Assembly (NCBI GenBank): GCA_036172245.1
Contig: JAYWIR010000004.1
Span: forward strand, 6,696,001-6,757,037
Length of the DNA: 61,037 bases
Direction: 5' to 3'
DNA from: Raillietiella orientalis
Lineage: Eukaryota
A model generated the notes under the pieces. It saw only the letters and a list, made by a program, of their open reading frames with translations. It was not told the DNA's origin and ran no database searches. Numbering within the stretch: position 1 is the stretch's first letter; the number at the start of each line of letters is the position of its first letter. The translations under genes were made by a program, and so were the position numbers. Positions 39,492 through 50,971 of this stretch are shown one piece after another.

Positions 39492-41311
39492 AGGACGCCA
39501 AAGTTGTTGCAAGAAGGAAGCATTTCCGCCCCACAAGCGTTCCTCGATTTCCGAAATCTACAACATTCTGAATATAAATTCCCACGCGGTAGTCCAAAAG
39601 TCCTCTACTCTATCAAACTCGCGGCAGGCCCCAAGGGTCAGCGTCTTTCCCTGATTGCCGGGCTCTCCAGGGGTGTGAAGGCACTTCCTGCTTCCGCGCT
39701 GAATCGCGAGGGCGACGCCCCTTTTCGCTCCGCGAAGCCGAGCAATGCTCTCCTATCCCGACAACAGAGGGAGGGGGTACGCTGCGGCGGAGGCGAACTG
39801 GGATCAGGGACGGGGATGGGACAGAGGATGGAACCCTCTTCTTCCCCTTCCTACCTCCTGTTTTGTTCCCTCCGGCTGTTCCGGTCCCGAGCCGGACACC
39901 GGCTTAATTGCTTCGTAATTATAAATTATGTAGCTTGTATTAAATATTGTCCTTCAGTTTCCTTCGAACGAACCACGGCAAAAAAATGAAGGAAGTCCGA
40001 AGCACCCATTAAGAATGACGAACAGTCGAGTTGCTCAGAAGCGATTCCCGCTTCTGCACTTCCATTTGATATAAGCGTAGTGTTGTTTTCCTGGGCGTCG
40101 TAACTGTCGCAATCCCGTGATTAATTTTCATCTTTCTTAGGAACCTGTCGTTATGACGATTACTGCATTCAGAAACCAGATTTCATATTGGAAGTCGTTG
40201 AATATTCCTCCCCAGTGCTGAAATGCAAAGTCGGCAATCAAGTTGGTCAGGTGCAGTGGACCAAGGATGACTTTGCATTAGGTAAGTACGAAGCGTTTCA
40301 TATGGCCAGTGCGTTCATAAATTAACGGTGAAATATTTCGTAAGCTTTATTTAGTGGAAAGGTGAACAATGTCCTATTCGTTTGGTAGACATATTGTGTG
40401 CCCTTCGCTCTTTGTAGCCCTCTGCTGTGTAGCTCTTTGTATTTAGCGCTCCTCTATCGAACAGTCGACTTTTCGATCTCGAGATAATTCAAGCTACATC
40501 TTCTGTTTCCTTCTTGATGAATGTCACGATTTTTACATATCAAAGTACCAACCGATCTTCCTTTGGTTCCATCGAGTTCTGCTATCTGTAACCCAAATTC
40601 GTGTTCTTCCTTTCGCTATCGTTGCTTCTTCCCCCCCCCTCTCCTCCTTGCCCCAGGAAAACCAGAATTTTGCTTGTTTATTATAATCTAGCAGCAGCAT
40701 TTTTCTTTTCTTTTTATATGGAAGATGAATGCACATTTATCAATTAAGTACATAGTCGTGGTATGATAAGTGTCAAAGCGATCCTTTTCAACTGATTTTC
40801 TTTAGTGTTGTAGGTTTCCTAATAGGCTGGTTAAGTAGTGTTTGATGTGTACCTTTTGCGTGGATTTCAAGTGTTGGCAACTTTTGGTATTTCGCAGTCG
40901 TTTTCCAAAACCCCAGGACGCCAAAGTTGTCTCAAGAAGGAAGCATTTCCGCCCCACAAGCGTTCCTCGATTTCCGAAATCTGCAACATTCTGAATATAA
41001 ATTCCCACGCGGTAGTCCAAAAGTCCTCTACTCTATCAAACTCGCGGCAGGCCCCAAGGGTCAGCGTCTTTCCCTGATTGCCGGGCTCTCCAGGGGTGTG
41101 AAGGCACTTCCTGCTTCCGCGCTGAATCGCGAGGGCGACGCCCCTTTTCGCTCCGCGAAGCCGAGCGATGCTCTCCTATCCCGACAACAGAGGGAGGGGG
41201 TACGCTGCGGCGGAGGCGGACTGGGATCGGGGACGGGGATGGGACAGAGGATGGAACCATCTTCTTCCCCTTCCTACCTCCTGTTTTGTTCCCTCCGGCT
41301 GTTCCGGTCCC
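39492..41311 (+). repeat. 397-bp direct repeat pair (39492-39888 and 40915-41311)
   Basis: AGGACGCCAAAGTTGT...GGCTGTTCCGGTCCC occurs twice, nearly identical, one copy on each side of exon 40141-40281. Confidence 0.96.
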
Positions 41312-44300
41312 TAGCGCGGACATCGGCAGCGCCCGTCGGACCTTCTCACAATGTGAGCAGAGTTTCGTTGTTGGCTGGCCTGACCACCTCATCACGGGGA
41401 GACAGATGCGAATGTGACGTGATCGCAGGAAGATGTTTCCTTTCATTTAGGTTTTCTGGCGGTCAGCACATCAAGAAATGCTCGCACGGTTTTTCTCATT
41501 GAGAAAACTTGTTGCATGTTTCGATCCTTAGGGTGTTTAGGGTGCTTCCATAGCGAGGCCGAGCTGATTCTTCTGATCTGCACTGAGATCTACCGCGTTT
41601 TACATTCGTTCTCCTTTCCCAGGTTTCAATGACAGCCTCCCCAGATATGTAGTCTACAAACCAGATGGCGGTGCAGATCAGGGAGAGCTTCACTTGAGAA
41701 TTTCGAATGTCTCTTTGGATGACGATGCCGTATACCAGTGTCAAGTTGGTCCATCGAAGGCCGAAGGTCATCGTCAGATTTTGGCAGCGGGAAGACTTGT
41801 CGTACTTTGTGAGTAGCATACGGCATTCCTTGATCTCCACTGTAATTTTCCCTTTCAAAGGATTAGTAATGCAATATAGTTTCCAGACCGTGATTACGGT
41901 TCGGGATTTGCTCGTTCCGTGACGCCTTTTTCCTTACCCGCTAAACAGGGCATTGCTTTCTGTTGCTCATATTGGAAGCTTCTCATAGAAAGCGCTCTGT
42001 GGGGGAATCGACCGCCCTTCAGAATGAAGGGGGCGCAGGTTCGACAGCGGTAACCATCATTATGTCAGTTAAAACAAACACCGAATTGCTTTGCTATTGA
42101 GTAAATATGTGATTTTTTCTTGGGAGGATTTCAACAGTCCTTCAAGTGTGTCTACGTTGTGTTGAAAGAGGGTACGATATTATTGAGCCTCATTGACCTT
42201 TGTTATGATGTCGAAAATCCGATCCCCTCGTTGAGTTATGGAGATCCACTTACACCTAATTGTCCTACGTAGTCACGGACCTAATGGAAAACTTCTTTTA
42301 ACTGAAAAAATTCCGTGTTTCCCCTTCCGAAGAGTGTAGCAGCAAGATTATCAAGCGTGGAGAAAAATCTGAAGCTTTTCCTCGGACAGGTGCGAATTCC
42401 GAAGTGCTTACACGAGCTTGACTCTTTTGTGTGTGTGTGTGTTTTTATACAAAGAAACAGTATGGGCATGTAATGAGATTTTAACAAGACACACACAGCC
42501 AAGATCTTTTTGAGGGGAAGGGGCTCGCCGCGGGAGGGGCCGCGCGAGATCGAGTCGCTCCGTTCGACGAAGCGCGTTTCCCATCTCGTCGCGGCAGGGT
42601 CGCGGGAACGCGAAATCTCCTCTCATCAGCAAATCGGGATCGTACTCCGAGACGACGGGTTCGCGTTCCCGGCGTCGAGCCAACCCTCTTCCTCAGAAGA
42701 GTAGGATTCGCGTTTCCGAGAACCCGCCGGGACGCGAGACAGCTCCCGATCTGTTGAAAAGCTGGTGTTGAAAACTAAGTGTTTCCCGAGATTGCGTTTT
42801 GCTTGCGTTTAATGAATCTTGGCGCTTTTTCCGAAAGAAGCTATAGAGTGTTTGATAGGCTCTCTAGCACGTAGCAGAGAACTCTAAAATATTGCAGTTA
42901 AGAAATATAAGGCAACAATTAGGTCTCCTGGAAAATAAATTACGAGAAGAGCTGGGCCAAATCATTGCAAACTTGATCTAAGAGTGGATCATTCTTGCGT
43001 CTCAATTTCAATTGAGTCTTACAGTGTTCTCCTGCTAGCAGAAAATCCATAATAAATTTACCATTGACATTCATGTATCCATATTCAATCTGGAATGCTC
43101 TTCGACCTTCTTCAGGGGTGGCAGATGAGTCATATTGTGCCAGGTAATAAGTGTAAATTTGTTCTAAAGGAGTGGATTTCTTATCTACCCTATGAATAAC
43201 ATCATCCACAATAACATGAGATAAGAAAGTTATGAAATGCACAATTTCTTGACCTCTCATGTTTTTATGAGGAAGCAAAGAAGTCATAAAAGGAGTCAAC
43301 CAACCTTTTATGTATTGGTTAGACGAGGAAGATAAGCCTATGTCTGTGAGTTTAACAATTGTATTGCCAAATCCTGCAGCAAAATACTCCACTAGCTTTG
43401 CAGGGAAAGTAGCTACAATTCTAGGAATAGTAATAGTAGATCCTTTAATGGCGGTGCCACTAGGTCTGACTGAAATGTCAATATTGTATTTAGTTACCAG
43501 CCAACCAATTATGGTCTCTAAGGCTGGCAAGCTTTTCTTTCCTATCTTCTTAATGGAACTCCCTCTTAAGCTAAACATCATTATCAGAAAGCAGATGTCC
43601 TCAGCCAGTTCCCTTTTGTCATCATAGTTAAAAGACAAGGGGTCTGTAGCAGTTCCTCCATAAATCACTGCTACTTCTTTTCTTGATGCATGAGAAGACA
43701 TGTATTTTTCTCTATTTTGCACCAAAAGTTTGGCAATTTCAAGAGGGTTGAACCCTTGATAAGCAAATACATGTTTCAGAATTTCCCACTGGTTACTGTC
43801 TTTAAGCTTGAATATGCCGATCTGATTTAAATCCAAGGCACTGTTCACTTCAGGGCCTGCAGTTTTCAAATGAGATAGGAAAATGTCCCAACTACTCATC
43901 TTGCTGGTTTGTTTCAATCTCTCTTGCCCCTTTTCCTCGATCTTAAAGATACTTTCTTTGATTTCACTTAAGCTCTTGAACTCAAAGAAAGGATTTGAGA
44001 CTTTGAGTAAATATCTTAAATTTCTGACCCTGCTTTCCAATAACAAGATATCTTCGTCGTTTACTTTTACTGGATCTCTAGCTTTTCTAATATATAGACG
44101 AATTAATTCTCTCTCAGCTTCAGATGAACGATCTCTAATTCCAAGTGTGCCTCCTAAAGGTTTGAGCATAAAAGTTCACACGATGATTCTGTGAAACAGT
44201 GACCCATCAATGTGTTTTCGCGTATACATTTCGAGGAGGCGAAGTTGTTCGATAAGTGAGGTCTTCACTCCGGATTCCACGTTTCAGGTGTTATGGCAGC

Positions 44301-47300
44301 AAAAAGACGTGAACGGCTACGGAAGCGCAGGACATTCTGAGGCATCCATTTACTTTATGAGTTTAAGTGTTTGCTCGAACTCGACTTTTCGTCGAGGCCT
44401 CGGGACAGAACAAAACCGGGAAAATCGTGAGGTTTGGGAAAACTCGTCAGACTGTTGTGGTTTATGAAAGCATCGTGTTGGAATGAAAACTGCATCGGTG
44501 GCTCGGGCTAATGCCTGCGCCGATTCCACTTTCCGCAAGGTGCATGAAGGAGAGCACTTGCTCGACTTCGAACAAGTGTTCATTCGAGAATTTCCAGCTC
44601 GTGGAATGGTGGAGCAATTGCAGCGTGGTTTTTAGTATTGTTTTCACCACTAAGGTTTGCTATTTTTACGTCGTCAGGTTTCAGTAACTTTGAAAGTTGA
44701 ATGGCGCACACGCCAAAAGGAACTTACGGCAATAGTGATGGCCTTAAGTGTATCTCCCCAATTTCTGTTCCCTTTCTCCAAATCCACTTGCTATTCCTGA
44801 ACATTGACTTTTTTAACTGCTTAATTAATTAATTAGCCGTTTTACCTCATTTTCCAAGTGTGGACAAAGCATCAATGGGAATCCTCCAAACACGAAAGAA
44901 CGAGCATTTAACTCGGGAAAACCGGCGCAGCTATAATCAGAAAGCTCTCTCTGAAGTGCAAGTTTTTGTTCCCGTATTTGACACCGTATTTCACAGCGCT
45001 TTGGTTTTTGCTCTTTAATTTATTTATTATATTTGTAATCAAATGAGTTGCCAGTTTAGCTGCATGTTCATGCTGCATATTTCTTTTCCTTTACCTCATA
45101 GCGCCTCCGCAAACCATCCAAATTACTGGTAGAAGCGATGGCGAATCTATTGATATTCCAGAAAACGTCACCATCTATTTGGAATGCACCGTCACAAACG
45201 CCAGACCGGCAGCCACGATTAAATGGTACAGAAACAGGCAAGAATTTTTCGGTGCGTCAACTTTTTTTGTTTCGGAAACTTTTTAATAATATGAGGAAAG
45301 TGAGAACCTTTCGAGTTGTTTATATGATTTGAATGCTCTTTGTTTTGTGGTGTCTGTTTCATGTCTCGTTTTAAATGCAGCCATTCTCATCAGAAGACGG
45401 AGTACTAGCAGACGATCCCTACGATGGTTTGTTTTAGTACGAATCGATGCTTTCAATTTATAAGGCAAACAGTTGAGTTCTTGCAGTTCCTTCAAATTAT
45501 AGTTTTGTTCAAAAATTTGCGAGTGTTCCAAATTGAGCGCTCCTTGCAGACTGTGACCTCTGCAACCTTATCGCAAATTTTGCATGTCGGTACCGAGGAA
45601 ACAATTATCTGCGGTATAAAATTTTCCGCTTATTGCAGAATGCTGAAGATGCATATGGTGATTTTTTTTTTTTTTTTTTTTCTTTCCGGAAAATGCATGC
45701 GAAAAATGATTTGGGTAGTGATTTTTTCCTGCTTGTGCAAGCACGTGCAGTGGTTATGCAGCAGCAGTGAAAGCGAAGGCAGAGAGGCAGCTTATTCCCT
45801 TTCTTCCGAATGTGCTCACATATGAAAGTTTTTCAACCCAATTTCACTTGAGCTGAAACGTTCAAGTTGCAGCTGATGGTAGATTTTACATCTTCGGCAC
45901 AACCCTTTATTAAGCAGCGAATTCCCTCAGCTTAAGAAAGCCACAAGAAGACCATTGCAACTTCTGCATTGACTTGGTGGCTAACGGGAATGGCTTTTTG
46001 GAAACCGGTCGAATGTGAAGAGAAGCATCTGCGTACTGCTGTTGTACCAGGATGATACACAATTAAGGGGGGGACTCCTGCTTCCTTGCATGCAGAAATA
46101 CAGTGGACTCGCGTATAGCGCGAGGAATACGTTCCATGTTATAGGAAACCGCGTTACACGAGACATGCCTTGTCAGATGAATTTATGCAAGCTGAAACAT
46201 GAATTAATTAATCACAACCGAGACATGGATGAAACCAAATCAGTAGAATTAGCACGTGGTTCTGTTTCCAGTAACGACGCGGAAAGCTCATTCCAGATTT
46301 TTAATGACCCAGAGCAACATTTGAGTTTGGAGGCTTTAAATAAATAGCAAAAACGCTAGAAACGCATCTTATGAAAATGGAACCGTCGACAGAGAGCTCT
46401 ATTGAATTTAAAAGAAAATGGAATGATTGTCCATCCCCATATTTGCAAGCCAGAAATGATCTGGAAAAAGCATTGTTTCCAAATAACGATAATAATAAAG
46501 ACGAAACTATAGGCTCTCTAAGCTATGAATTTGTACAGCCAATGTTAAAAAAACGGTGTCATCGGCACCCATTTGTGGATACTTCCGATAGTGATTAAAC
46601 GCCTAATAGTGAAGTGTGTCCAGTTGGATGAGTTTTGATGTAGCGGGTGTGTTGGAGGGTGTAACTGGGTAAGGGATGGTTTATTAGTTTGGTCGTCATC
46701 CCTAGTGACATTCAAAGGTATGAATTCGTAGATGGCGTCTTGTGATTGTCAAAGCATAGGAATCCAATCTAGGGATGCGAAAAATTGCCAAATGACGGTT
46801 TTCTCGCGTTCTTGTGATTCTAATCCATGATAAGTGTGCATTAGAGAGAGACGCTGAATGATTCTAAAGCGATTGTTTTCTGTTTCCATGTTTAAAATTA
46901 CGAGATGATTTGTCGGAATGCTTTCAGGACCTCATGCAACGGAAGCAAAAGAAGGAACTTTGCCCAAACGTCAGAGTACTAGAAGTGGCATTTCCATCGT
47001 TCCTCGTGCTTCTGACAACAAGTCCACTTACACGTGTACTGCCTACCACCCTGCTCTTTTCATCCCTATGACCTTCTCAGTCGTTCTCAATGTCCTCTGT
47101 AAGCACAGCTTAGGTATCCTGATATCCCTTTGATCACTCGAGCGGTCTAGATCCACCTGGAGCTCCGGAGATAACTGGGTACAACGATGGACAAATCATA
47201 AAGACGAATGAGTCGGTGACGTTGACGTGTCGCCACGGATCGCGTCGCGGAAACCCTGTAGCTCAGCTTATTTGGTCAAAGAACGGGAAGGTAATCGGCT

Positions 47301-47814
47301 TCGGTTATTCTACTTCGTGGAAAATGTCCGGCTCCATCTACATTTTCAAAGCCGACGTCTTGGATCACAATGCCACATACCGTTGCGAAGCAATTAATAA
47401 AATGGCATCTTCTGCGTTAGAGGCTACCGTGAGGTTGTCCGTGGCATGTGAGTCTTATCGAGGTTACTGAAGAAAGAACAGTTTACCTGTGTCTTCGACT
47501 AGTTGGACCTGCTAGACTTACCATAATGGGAGACAGGAAAGCTCGAATGGGTCAGAGAGTTACTCTTTCATGCACCGCCTCTGGCAGCAATCCGGCAGCC
47601 AAGGTCATCTGGATTGTGGATGGGAAAGAGGCCGAAGACAACAGCAGCAGCTTGCATACGTCGACAGTCCTTTCGCCGGAAGGTGGTTGGATCACAATCA
47701 GTAATATAACGCACGCCATCGAACCTGTTCAAAGAAATGTGATGTTCAGCTGTCTCGCTTACAATGGAATCTTCGGAAAAACAATAATAAAGAGCCATTC
47801 CGTTAATGCCACAT
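40141..47814 (+). CDS. Nephrin/Sticks-and-stones/Hibris-like Ig superfamily gene, six open exons encoding Ig1-Ig4; signal-peptide exon not located
   Basis: GT-AG phase-1 exons 40141-40281, 41623-41808, 45102-45251, 46928-47098, 47151-47447, 47503-47814, all multiples of 3. Motifs VQWTKDDFALG, LRISNVSLDDDAVYQCQVGP, PPQTIQI..CTVTNARPAATIKWYR, YPPGAPEITGY..GNPVAQLIWSKNG, SNPAAKVIW..SPEGGWITISNIT. Confidence 0.9.
42940..44169 (-). CDS. Endogenous viral element: bunyavirus (Phenuiviridae-like, Tenui_N family) nucleocapsid, intact 409 aa
   Basis: Intronless open frame, AT-rich and CpG-poor relative to its flanks. FAYQGFNP, D.CFLIMMFSLRGSSIKKIGKKS, LVTKYNI and ITIPRIVATFP are collinear with phlebovirus N motifs FAYQGFD, D.KKMIVLALTRGNKP, LINKYKL and LTLSRVAA. 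Confidence 0.9.
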   Translation of the reverse strand: MLKPLGGTLGIRDRSSEAERELIRLYIRKARDPVKVNDEDILLLESRVRNLRYLLKVSNPFFEFKSLSEIKESIFKIEEKGQERLKQTSKMSSWDIFLSHLKTAGPEVNSALDLNQIGIFKLKDSNQWEILKHVFAYQGFNPLEIAKLLVQNREKYMSSHASRKEVAVIYGGTATDPLSFNYDDKRELAEDICFLIMMFSLRGSSIKKIGKKSLPALETIIGWLVTKYNIDISVRPSGTAIKGSTITIPRIVATFPAKLVEYFAAGFGNTIVKLTDIGLSSSSNQYIKGWLTPFMTSLLPHKNMRGQEIVHFITFLSHVIVDDVIHRVDKKSTPLEQIYTYYLAQYDSSATPEEGRRAFQIEYGYMNVNGKFIMDFLLAGEHCKTQLKLRRKNDPLLDQVCNDLAQLFS

Positions 47815-48099
47815 GTAGGTTACGAATCGTGATTCCAAGGACAAGTGCTTTCAATGAAAGTAGATCCACATCCCGTGCCTTACCTCGCCGCACACACGAG
47901 CAACAAACCACTAGTGGCTGGTAACGTCATCCATCTTCTGTGCAATTCTACTTGGTGGTGGTGCACCATTTTGGCGTGCTGGACTTCTTAGTGCCGTGAG
48001 CACTCTTAGTGCGTGCTATCTGCCTTGAAGGAGCGCCAAAAGCTTTGGAGGAAACTCGAAATACAGTGGAAATTGAAGATTTGAAAAGAAAGGAAAGCT

Positions 48100-49890
48100 T
48101 CAAGCTTCAGAGGCACCAAAGAGAGACGTCACACCTAGACTAGGAAGAGAATATTGACCAAGAAGGCAGGAATAAATGTCAATTGGTTTGCTTCCCAAAT
48201 TCCAATCTTTTGTCTTCTGGAAAGCACGCTGGTTGTTCATCCTAACCAGTGATCCAAGATATGGCTTCAGTAAATGTCCACTGCAAACCGTCGTCTTCGT
48301 GTTTTCTGTTTGTATGTCAGGGATCCCAAATTCCCTCAAAACCACGTCGTCATTTGGGTTCCAGCACCCAGAGATCTACCCCGTGGTGCTTCTGCTGATG
48401 CCGGCCGGTACTCTCCTTGTCAGCAGGGATAGTTTCCTGACGTAGCCTCTTTGCTTTGTCGTCCTTCTTGCAGCTCTGCCCCTGAGTGCTCAACAAGGCA
48501 GAGGTGCTATCGACTCTGATGACTTTCTGGAAGCCCACGTCCTGTTGGCGTCCTAAAGTCGTTTCCTGGGATCGCTTCGTTTAAGCTACCGGCTGTTGAC
48601 TTCAAACCAACCAGCCGGTGGTCAGTAACCATAAGCAATAACATACCATAGTCCCTTTTCTGCTTCGTCTTCGGCGCATCCCTGTATTCCAGGAGTTCAC
48701 TGGTTAATAGCTGCGTAGAAATTCTCCATTCAAACATGCGTGAATGTAGTGCAGTTTGGAATTGTCCAATAGATTTCTGTAGTCACATCATTTCATCTGT
48801 TCCAGAGGCTCTCGAATAGAATGCATTTTATTATCATGCTGGACGTCCTCTTGAAACGAGGCATGCCATCCAGAGAAACGGTAAACAACGCGTACCATCT
48901 AGCTGTACGTGCGCGAACAAGAAATCGAAGGAAATGAAGTTTCTCGAAGAATATTTGGTCCTTTTGAATTGGTTGGTTTGGAAGCGCGCGGATATTGCTG
49001 GAGCCTCAGGAAAAAGAAAACAATAAACTTCTGTGGAATTGATACGTGATTTCAAACCAGAGATAAAAATGCTGTTCAAAACTGTGATTGCTAGCGAAAT
49101 GGCGCATTTAGAAACCATGACAATAAATTAGAGATTCGCTGAATTGGATTCACTGAATGCTGGATCAGCGACCGTGATTGCCTGTGAAGAGCTTCTGACG
49201 AAACCCTCATTAATCTCGTCGTTTCCATTATTTCGGTGCAGTTGTATCGAAAAGGTTCATGTGCACGAATCTGTCCAAAGAAGAGTCGGTTTTCTTCGGA
49301 ACTGTTGAAAACCTCGTTCTCAACAGTGAGAGTTCCTTATCCGGAAGTTGTCACCGTGGTGAAGGAGGCTTTCCGGAATTATAGTACATCTCAGTCAAAT
49401 GATTCACGATAAACACAACAGGAACAAACCAACACGAATCACGAAACACCCTTCTATTTCTTCTCTTTCCTTCCTTGAAGAGTTTGGCGTCGGGAAAGGT
49501 TAGCTTCAAATCTGGCACGAAACAGCGCAGGTGCTCAGTTTGTAAAACATGCGCCGCATGATCACGCCCGCCGAACGACAACCGCGATATCCGGAATGTC
49601 ACGAAATGGCTCCATTATACCATCCCAAGACGTAAATAACCACGAAGATACCTATTTTTATTTGATTTCTTTTTTCCTCTTCACCTACCAGAAGGGAACT
49701 TCGCCAGGCATCGGGCTGGTTGCGCAGGATCTGCCTTCTTGGGTTTAGGAATCGATAGGCCATAGGATCGCAAAAATCTTGTATGTTTATTGATCACTAT
49801 AAACATCCCAGCTATTTTAAATTCGAACCGAAATGGCTCTTGCAGTTGGTCGACGAAATCTTGTGCAAAACCCAAAAGTAGCACCAATCA
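48100..49890 (-). mobile_element. Degenerate Ty1/copia RT-RNase H remnant
   Basis: VLREFGI..MNNQRAF..GSKPIDI resembles copia RNase H (LLxELG..DNQSA..xKHIDI); preceded by KSTAG and SALLST-like segments; heavily broken, upstream boundary uncertain. Confidence 0.5.
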
Positions 49891-49984
49891 ACACCAACAC
49901 CTTCGATTTCTTCCACTCTAGCAGGGAGCAACTGTCCCAGTTCTTCTGCTCCAGGCAATAGTAACATCTCATTCTACTTTTCAA

Positions 49985-50276
49985 TCAAACCTGAGTTGCT
50001 CGATGCGCATCCAGACAGAATAGATGTGACCGAGGGAGAGTCCGTGGTTCTCAACACTTCAAGAAGAAATTCTCGCAACGCCGCCTACCTCTGGACTCCG
50101 AACGGAGCGAACTTCGCGCACAGCTATGCGCCCCGTGCCGCAAGTGCCCTCATAAGTATCGACGGCCAACTTTTTCTGAAAATTGCAGTGAGTATCAGGA
50201 AAGGCACAGGAACTTACGGACAGGAGGTCATGAACACGGAAGGAACCTCTTAGATCCGTCTACATCAACATGCGGT
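49985..50276 (+). pseudogene. Decayed nephrin-like Ig exon (Ig6-like)
   Basis: KPELL..IDVTEGESVVLN..YLWTPNG..DGQLFL..GTYGQEVMNTEG; conserved Cys lost, frameshift/stop near 50251, donor GTAAGT after 50276, no clear acceptor. Confidence 0.7.
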
Positions 50277-50744
50277 GTAAGTTCGTTCTTTCCTGTCTTT
50301 CTTCTATTCGGTCAGTAAACCGAATTGTCAGTCTGGGTCCACGCGGTTCCCATCGGCAACGTTTTCGTGGATATGCGCCCCGGAGACGTAAAAGGATTTC
50401 TAGGGTGTTAATATCACACTGATCTCGTACGCATCTTCCGCAACTCTGTTTATCTCCCTTCGTGATATGCAAATTTAATGCAGGGTGGCGCCTCAACGTA
50501 GCGAGGAGCAGAAGTTTTTAGAACCTCCCTGCGTTTTGTTTGCGAGGCTTTCGGCGTTTTTAAAGTTTCATTCGGCGGATGGTTCTTAAGAGTCCCGGAA
50601 TGGGATAAGGCAAGGCGCACCACAACCTTCTACCGTCTCCAACCCGAACTATGGAAGACTTCAAAGCGCTTTTTTCTAAGCCTTCCTTGTTTCCATAGTC
50701 CTCCTGCGGTCAACGAGATCACATCTCCCGTTATCACTGCAAGC

Positions 50745-50971
50745 AGCAATGTGTTCCTGGAATCCTCAACGGAAGCCAACACTTTTGCCGACACGACAAC
50801 AACCTGGACAAGGGAAAAACTATCCCATGGAGAAACAGACCAGGTAATGTTACAGAAACGAAAAACTGACTGTACTTAACTTCTCCTGAGAAGACACTGG
50901 GATATTCATCTACGTGGCCAACAACGGTGTCAGCCAAGCAACCAAAAGGACGGCACTGCTGATAGCGAAAT
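50745..50971 (+). pseudogene. Decayed nephrin-like Ig exon (Ig7-like)
   Basis: ..LTVLNFS*EDTGIFIYVANNGV..TALLIAK followed by donor GTAAGC; in-frame stops and loss of Cys. Confidence 0.75.

Noticed and set aside
39435..41502. ORFs of 184 and 191 aa that look like paralogous genes
   Set aside because: They lie within the 397-bp repeat, have no recognisable domain and diverge outside the repeat.
43310..44194. Plus-strand ORFs of 105 and 103 aa overlapping the nucleocapsid gene
   Set aside because: Antisense shadows of the real ORF; ambisense genes in these viruses do not overlap N in this way.
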